33,000 bases of DNA from Fimbriosthenelais zetlandica (Eukaryota), in contig OZ365112.1 in the NCBI GenBank assembly GCA_977030845.1, positions 17,360,001-17,393,000 on the forward strand, in the 5' to 3' direction. Below the pieces are notes generated by a model, which ran no database searches, was not told the DNA's origin, and worked only from the letters and a program-made list of their open reading frames with translations. Within the stretch, counting starts at the first letter, position 1. Each line of letters opens with the position of its first letter. Of the stretch, positions 26,601 through 33,000 are shown in pieces. Made by a program: the position numbers and the translations under genes.

Positions 26601-29079
26601 GGGATGTGGCTGGAAAATTGGATGGTAGGCACAGTTCAGCAAAAACTTGAGAATTAAAGGGGAGTAAGGGGAGACATGGATGGAGCGACCAGGAAAATCT
26701 TTCACGCTCTGCATTTTCTGAAGCCTGGTGGTTTTTGACCTTGCAAGTACTGTAGACATCTTGGTGCCAACTTCAATCCTAGTTCTGCAAGAAAATGAGA
26801 AGGCAGACCATGTAGTGACTCTCATTTTAGACTAAACATAGCCTTCCCACCAAGTGTAATTGTACACCAGTCGTATGTCGTCTGTTATCAACTAAAGGAT
26901 GCTATATGAACAGGCTGAGCAGAGAATTAGTTCCTTCCACCATATTTATGGCTTTGCTCACATGATATATTAGTAGATGGAAAGAGGGCCATAGATATTG
27001 ATTGCCAATATTTCACATGCATTCTGGGCATATGTGGACATTCTAGAAGGTATGCATCAACTAAGCCTATAAATGTCCTTATTTCCTTACAATAAATTTG
27101 TCTGGAAGTAGTGAAGGTTGTATAAAATATGTCGGTTCATTGAGAGTAAATGGAGAAAGTTGGAGTGGGCCAGTAGCTTACATAGTCAATCAGTGATTGT
27201 GTTTGGACGTTTCCTGGCACCGATACATTGTATTGAGGTGACAAACACCAAGCTGACCCTTTTCTTTCGTTTGAATTCACATTCTAGACCCAACAAGATG
27301 ATGCAAAGCACTCCACTTGATTACGGTAAGCGATGGCAGCCTGTCGTTTTTCCCTCTCCACTCACTCTCCTGTCCATTCAGGTGGAATTTCACGCTTTCC
27401 CTAACAGATAAGATGTCACTCTTCCGAAATTGCCTAAATATTTGGTTGTCTTGTTTCTCGCTTATCCTTTCCACCAAAGGAAGAAATCTTGAAGAGATAA
27501 TCCTGGGACATGGTTTGGATGTCAACAAAGGAGTGTACACATTGTACATTTATTTTCAGACAACTTATTCTCTTCTTTCATTGCCTCAATTTCACCAGCC
27601 ACACTTTCTCGTTATTCAGTCACAAATTCAAATTGTTTTGAAGACTGGGACACTTAAAGGCAGACCCTCTTAGGAACACTCGTGGGAATTGAACTTCCAT
27701 TGAGTATTTGGCTGGCTTTTATTCTTGGCCCACCAAGTAAATGGTCATCAATCTCACTGCATATCCTGGGAAACTTTAGAAACGCTAAGCGGAAAGTGAT
27801 TTCTCACTTTTGATGCATTATTTCCGGAGAACTCCCGCGAGAATTGCGCGACCTATAGGATGGACAGTCAAATCAAGAAAAGCTACACTCCAACAATGAA
27901 GTGACAGAGCCTGGCGATGAAGAGTTGAGGCATTTTCACCCATGTCACCTCACATCAGCCAAGCCTTTCTCCATGGCTCAAACGTCACACTCCATCTTCA
28001 GGTCAATGCATCAAACAAGTTGGCCTGCCAGTAAAGAGAAGAGGATTGATGGATGGAGATGGCATATTTCTCTGTGCGAACGCTTCGATTTGGAAAATAC
28101 ATTACTCCAACGACAGTTGTTGCCTCAGGAATGTTGCAGAAATGCGAGATTGATCAGTGGCTCCCACCAAGAAATTAGAAATGTGAATTTTTTATCACAC
28201 TCGCAGGGGTCGAATTGGCCTTTATTGATTACCAAGTATATTCATGGGACATGCATATGTTGATATGATTGCAAATTGGATCTTGGCACGAGATTGTCTG
28301 AGATGGGCCTCAGCTTAATATATTCTACCTTTCGTTGAGGGAACTTTCAGAGAAATATCCCAATGCATCGCTTGAAAATTGCCACAAACTTAAATACATC
28401 TATGCTTGCTGGAACGTTAATGGCTGTAGATGATTTGAGATGTTGAGAGATTGCAAGAGCACTTCCCTCAATATAATCCTTTTGCATGGATCTATTTCTG
28501 TGCTCAGATTCCTCTAATTTTCCATTGACTTTCTTCGTAGCGATCTTGTGGCTCTGAGGCTAGATTGCTTATTTAAGCATAGGCCCTAAGTGGAGGCAAT
28601 GAGATTTGAGGATGTGCTGTGGTTGGAATCAATATTTAATAATTAGACGTCTGGAATATTGATTCCGTGTGAAACCTTCTTCTTCCTAAATGGAATCACC
28701 TTTAGCTCTGGCTTTACTTCCTGTCAACCAGCTGGGTTCTGTCGTGAGTTGGTCAATGCTTCAGTGGCCCTCAATTTGCAGCAGCCTCCCAAACTTATCC
28801 TCATTCTCTCCGAAATTACTGTTTGAATATTTTAGCTCTTTCTATTCATTCTCACTGCTTCAATGTGCGCGCTAAAGGAAAGGGGTTTGTTAGAGGACTA
28901 CATACTAGAAGTCGATTTGAAGGAGATAATATTCTTGTTCTTCACTCTAACGCTCCTTTCGCCGGAGTGGGAGATAACCTTTCTATCGAGGTCACCAACT
29001 CTCGTCCACTACCACAGGACCACCTCCATGTATGACCCCTTGTGGCTCAACAACAAATCATCTCCGACTTGAAGTTATT

Positions 29080-29850
29080 GGTGGACCCTCCCCGCGAGAC
29101 ACGTCAGTGCTCTGACCTCTCACCCCGCACATCATCCTTGAAATGTGAACGAGTCTTAGGAGGATGTTGGCTATTCCAATCAGGGGGTCCATCAAAAAGT
29201 CAATGATATCAACTCACTGCTTTTTGGTCATATTTCTCCGTCTTCTGCATTCTCCAGTGTGGATGTAAATTATGTTGAAGATGGATCTAGAATACTTATC
29301 GGCCTGGGAGTCTGCCTGTACTCCATTGTAAGCTTCTGTTCTCAGAATTCATCAGATCCCATTCCAGATCAAAAACCTAAGGGAATCTACTAATCGATCA
29401 AACTGGTATTTTGTCTCTATCCTGGTTATCAAATGCATTTTTTCCCTGCCCAAGAGGAAAAAGAATTTAATCTCTGATTCGTTGAGATGGCCAGCATGCA
29501 GATGCATACATGTTGACGAGAATAGGATTCATGCTCACTTTGGTCGTTGCACAATGAAGTAGTACAATGCTGAATATGCGCATAGTTTGTGAAATTCATC
29601 AAGTGTTGCTTACAGTGTGGCTCTGTTATTTTATCTCTGATGTTTATCATTATCCGACCATGTATGAGAATGTTTCCCTCTCTCCACTCCATCAACCTGC
29701 TCTAATACAGGGACGGGTTGCACCTCAACAAAGACCCTTTCATTTGTTCCATCTCCTTTATTCTTTCACTGAAGCAGCTTGTAATGACTATTTTTATAGA
29801 TTAGTCACAAGCCATCTCACAAGCTGCCGGCACTCTCTGAAAAGACAAAG
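29080..29850 (-). pseudogene. NS3-like superfamily 2 (DExH) RNA helicase remnant
   Basis: In one frame: decayed motif I FVFSESAGSL* (29817-29849), Ia RVFVEVQPVPVLEQV (from 29738), II TLDEFH (DEFH 29589-29600), III ILFSST (29511-29528) and VDIIDF (29196-29213). In a second frame: V-like TSTLENA (29246-29266) and VI-like AGRV (29084-29095). Order and spacing (II to VI ~168 codons) match viral SF2 helicases such as flavivirid NS3 and potyvirus CI. Confidence 0.6.
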
Positions 29851-32800
29851 GGATCTGGCATATTATTAATCGATGAGAAGTGGATTCATAAACAGGCCTT
29901 AGCCAATCACGCCTAGCCCTTACAAAAGCTAATTGAATTTGGGCGCTGAAAAAGCACGAGTAGGCGGCTCTGAGTTGGATGATTAGGTTTATTTTTAATC
30001 CACTTGGTGGTGCATTAAAGAAAGCCTTGTCACGTGACAATAAAAGCTGGTGTAAGTGAACTTGTTTCTCTTGTTGAATAGACGTGAAGGTTTTTTTTGC
30101 GCAGGAGCTGTATTTAATTTTTCCATTATCGCTGCTCAGAATTTGATGTGCAAAGTTGTCTTTTTACAGCAGAACCTCGGAGGTGATGCAAGTTGACTTC
30201 TTATGCTATTAGCCTCGGGAATGATTGGCGTTTTTCACATGACATTTGTATTTGAGATTGGAAGGTATATAGCTATTATTGATGGATTAAGATGATCTGT
30301 TGATGAAGAGGATTTATTCGCTTAGAACCTCAGCTGCAATTTAGTTTCTCATCAGGTAATTTCACCCGAAGTACACAAATTATGTCTTGTGGTGCAGGAG
30401 CTTGAATTTTTGTCCATTTCCCAGCAAATACCTCATACTTGGTTGGTTTAATATTGACTGTTGATAAGGACATTTTAAACCTGTTTTCCTTAAGTATCAT
30501 GTCCACATTGTAGCTCTTTATTCATCATTTCTGCATGGACAAAATCCTGTCATGTGACTGATTCACTAAGGTGAAGGTCAACCTGAAGCCCTCGGCAAGG
30601 CACGGCGGAGCTTGTGAATCTTTAATCACTTTTGGCCTGTAATAAATGTGTTGCTATGGATACTAGTCGTCCAGCCACACTTGGGACAGAAGGGGGTCGA
30701 CCCCGGGGCTACTTACAGACTGACCACTGGGATTGTCCACTGTGTGCGAGTGGAAGTCTGTACAGAGATCCCGGAATCTGCCAACGCCTTCAAGTCTAGC
30801 CCCTAGCTCATGGCAAACTACCCTCACGCCACTCTCAAAATATTTAGAGCTCCTGAAAACAGCCAACCCCCACACCTTACAGATGCAAGCCCGGCAAAGG
30901 ATGGGTCCTCAAAGAGGCCTTCTTTATCAGCAATTTCCACGTGGTGTCGGCCTTATATACTGATGCATTGTGACCAAGCTCTCTAAGCAGTTCTCTAAAC
31001 TCGGTATTCTGCATGTCTGGTATGATATTTTCAATGTTATGATATTGAAAAGACAAAAAGTGTCTCTACTGTACATATTAGCTTTGTGCTAATAACGAAT
31101 TCCAAGATCGCCTAATTTCACTTACATATCTGACTATAGTGAAAGTCCATTGGACATTGCTGATTTCAGTCTGGTCATGTTTTCACTGTCATTAACGTTG
31201 GTAGTTTTTTATTTCTGGTTTCATTCTCCTGGTATCAAGGGACTGACTGTGATAGTAATTAAGAGCTTAATGTTATTAGTGCCACTACTGACAGTACCTA
31301 GTGCGGATTGACTGCTATCACTCTGGCTCAGTTTGAGCGGCCAAGTGTTGCTGATGAGCATCATCAACTGAACACCTAATTTCCTCCCCCTTTTCAAGGC
31401 TTCATTGTGAATTAAATACACATACACAGTGCCTTGAAATATGAATCTTTGCCGAGTAGAATTTGCTCATCATCCTGGTGTCGTGTGTATATAATGGTTG
31501 TTTCTGCTGGTGTCGGCTGCTATCATTTGTTTATGAATAATCCCATCTCCATGGTTTTGTTTCTTTTATCTTGAAGCAAAGCAATGAAGCACACATCATG
31601 CCCAGCTATTATAGGGTGTTTCATTTCCCAGTCAAAATTATTGGATTGAAATTATCTTGTCGACCTCGAAAATGTAATAGAATCACATCAGTCTGTCAGT
31701 ATAATTTCACATGATTTCTGAGCCCGCAGCGTTCACCAATTCAGGAGCCAGAACCTCTCTGCTGAACCAGGCTAATTGCCCTTTTCGCTTCCAGTTCAAA
31801 CAATATCATCTCAGGAGCCGAGTCCAAAATGCAAGAAAATGAAATGAAGATGAAAAACTTTCCCTTGAGGATTATGATTAGTGGCATGTAATAGTGTTTT
31901 GAACAGGCTTCTCGTCCTTCATGTATTATGCAGCTGTGCTCTCCTCTGCTCAGCTTTCAGCCAAGTATGCTTGCCAAATGATTTTAGACCAAGCAAGTCA
32001 ATCTGGTCCGGCAATCTACTATGAAAGGGCAAATCACAGGAAAGAAAAAGCCTCTGATACATAAACACTCCTAAATGTCTCTCCCTCAATGACGGTATAT
32101 GTAGACATGATATAGTTGTTGTCTATCTTCTCATCTATCATATTTTGGCATATTTCATGCTCGTAATGAGTACATAGCCTCTGTCGATCACTCATTTTAT
32201 TAGGCGGCATTGGTGGGTAGTAATTGCTTTTGTGTTGTAGGACATTATCCATCCTGGAATACAGAGCTGATTGATCCTCAAACACTGGAGAAGAGTTGAT
32301 AAGCTGGAAGCATTATCATTGCAAAATGCATAACCGGAATATAGTTAGGCCATATTCGGACTCATAAACTGCCATTTACTCATTTATTTATGAACTGCCT
32401 TGTCTAAAAATTGCCTATAAAAACTAGTGAAAGGCCTACAGCGTGGAGAGAGCAATAACCACATGCATAAAATTCCCCATCTATCCATGCACTTAGCCAA
32501 GTTGATGGCAGTGTAACGGAAACATGGGCAATCGATGCAATATTGCACATGACTACACTTGACTATGTGCTGAGAATGAAATTTTATAGGCACCTCCCTA
32601 AAGTAAAGCGGAACGGTGCAGGGCTGCCTCTCAAAAAAGTAAGGAAAAAGCTATACATGCGTGTTGCCATCAGACATTCAAGCTGTCTGTTTTATGATAA
32701 CCTGCTGCAAAGCCATGCACAATCTACACTTTTCCCTCACTTATTGAGGGACAACCTATTTCATTTGAAATGAAATAGCTTTTGGTGAAATGACACCTAA

Positions 32801-33000
32801 GATGAGCGGTTGCCCCACCTTTCAATCAGTCTGATGTAGGTCTGGTTGATCGAGTTACTGTCAGGTGGTGTTACTTTATCTCCTTAAGTTGAGCCTGACC
32901 ACCTTCTCCAGGTGCAGTACTATACTACTGATCCCTCCCATTGACTGCCGCTTCTTACACGAAAAGTCTTCACTGAAGAAGCAACGAGAAAGGGAAGGAG

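Larger units (their letters stand above)
22000..33000 (-). pseudogene. Decayed non-structural polyprotein region (NS2/3 to NS5-like) of an endogenous flavi-like (pesti-like / large-genome flavivirid) RNA virus
   Basis: SF2 helicase motifs (29.08-29.85 kb) precede flavivirid-type RdRp motifs (22.85-23.65 kb) on the same strand in the NS3->NS5 order. The frame is broken by many stops and frameshifts. Boundaries are approximate and the region runs off the right end of the window. Confidence 0.6.

Noticed and set aside
14000-27000. Nidovirus or concatenated reovirus interpretation
   Set aside because: No SDD motif C, SF1 helicase or conserved segment termini found; an SF2 helicase upstream of a GQRxSG-type RdRp fits flavivirids better.
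27317-28263. Longest plus-strand ORFs (118 and 120 aa) as real genes
   Set aside because: No recognisable domain; best explained as antisense shadows of the minus-strand decayed frame.
1-33000. Alternative genetic code or stop readthrough explaining the lack of ORFs
   Set aside because: TAA, TAG and TGA all interrupt the best frames, and frameshifts are also needed.

Overview
No intact gene is visible: the longest ORF in the track is 120 aa, and none looks like a known cellular protein, RNA gene, transposase, LTR or CRISPR array. Hand translation of the minus strand across stops and frameshifts recovers two ordered motif sets. One is a superfamily 2 (DExH) helicase at ~29.08-29.85 kb. The other is a flavivirid-type RdRp palm at ~22.85-23.65 kb (F-like, pestivirus-like 'LFNI', A, B, C). 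The order protease?-helicase-long spacer-RdRp matches the NS3...NS5(B) arrangement of pesti-like and large-genome flavi-like RNA viruses. The best reading is a heavily decayed endogenous viral element in a DNA genome, running 33000->1 on the minus strand. The unexpected part is that protein-like minus-strand sequence appears to continue ~22 kb past the RdRp, where a flavivirid genome should end, and includes an intact Walker A motif (IIGDPGHGKS, 4860-4889). All motif calls are by eye with no searches run. Motifs B and C need small indel repairs. The coding nature of 1-22 kb is only modestly supported.
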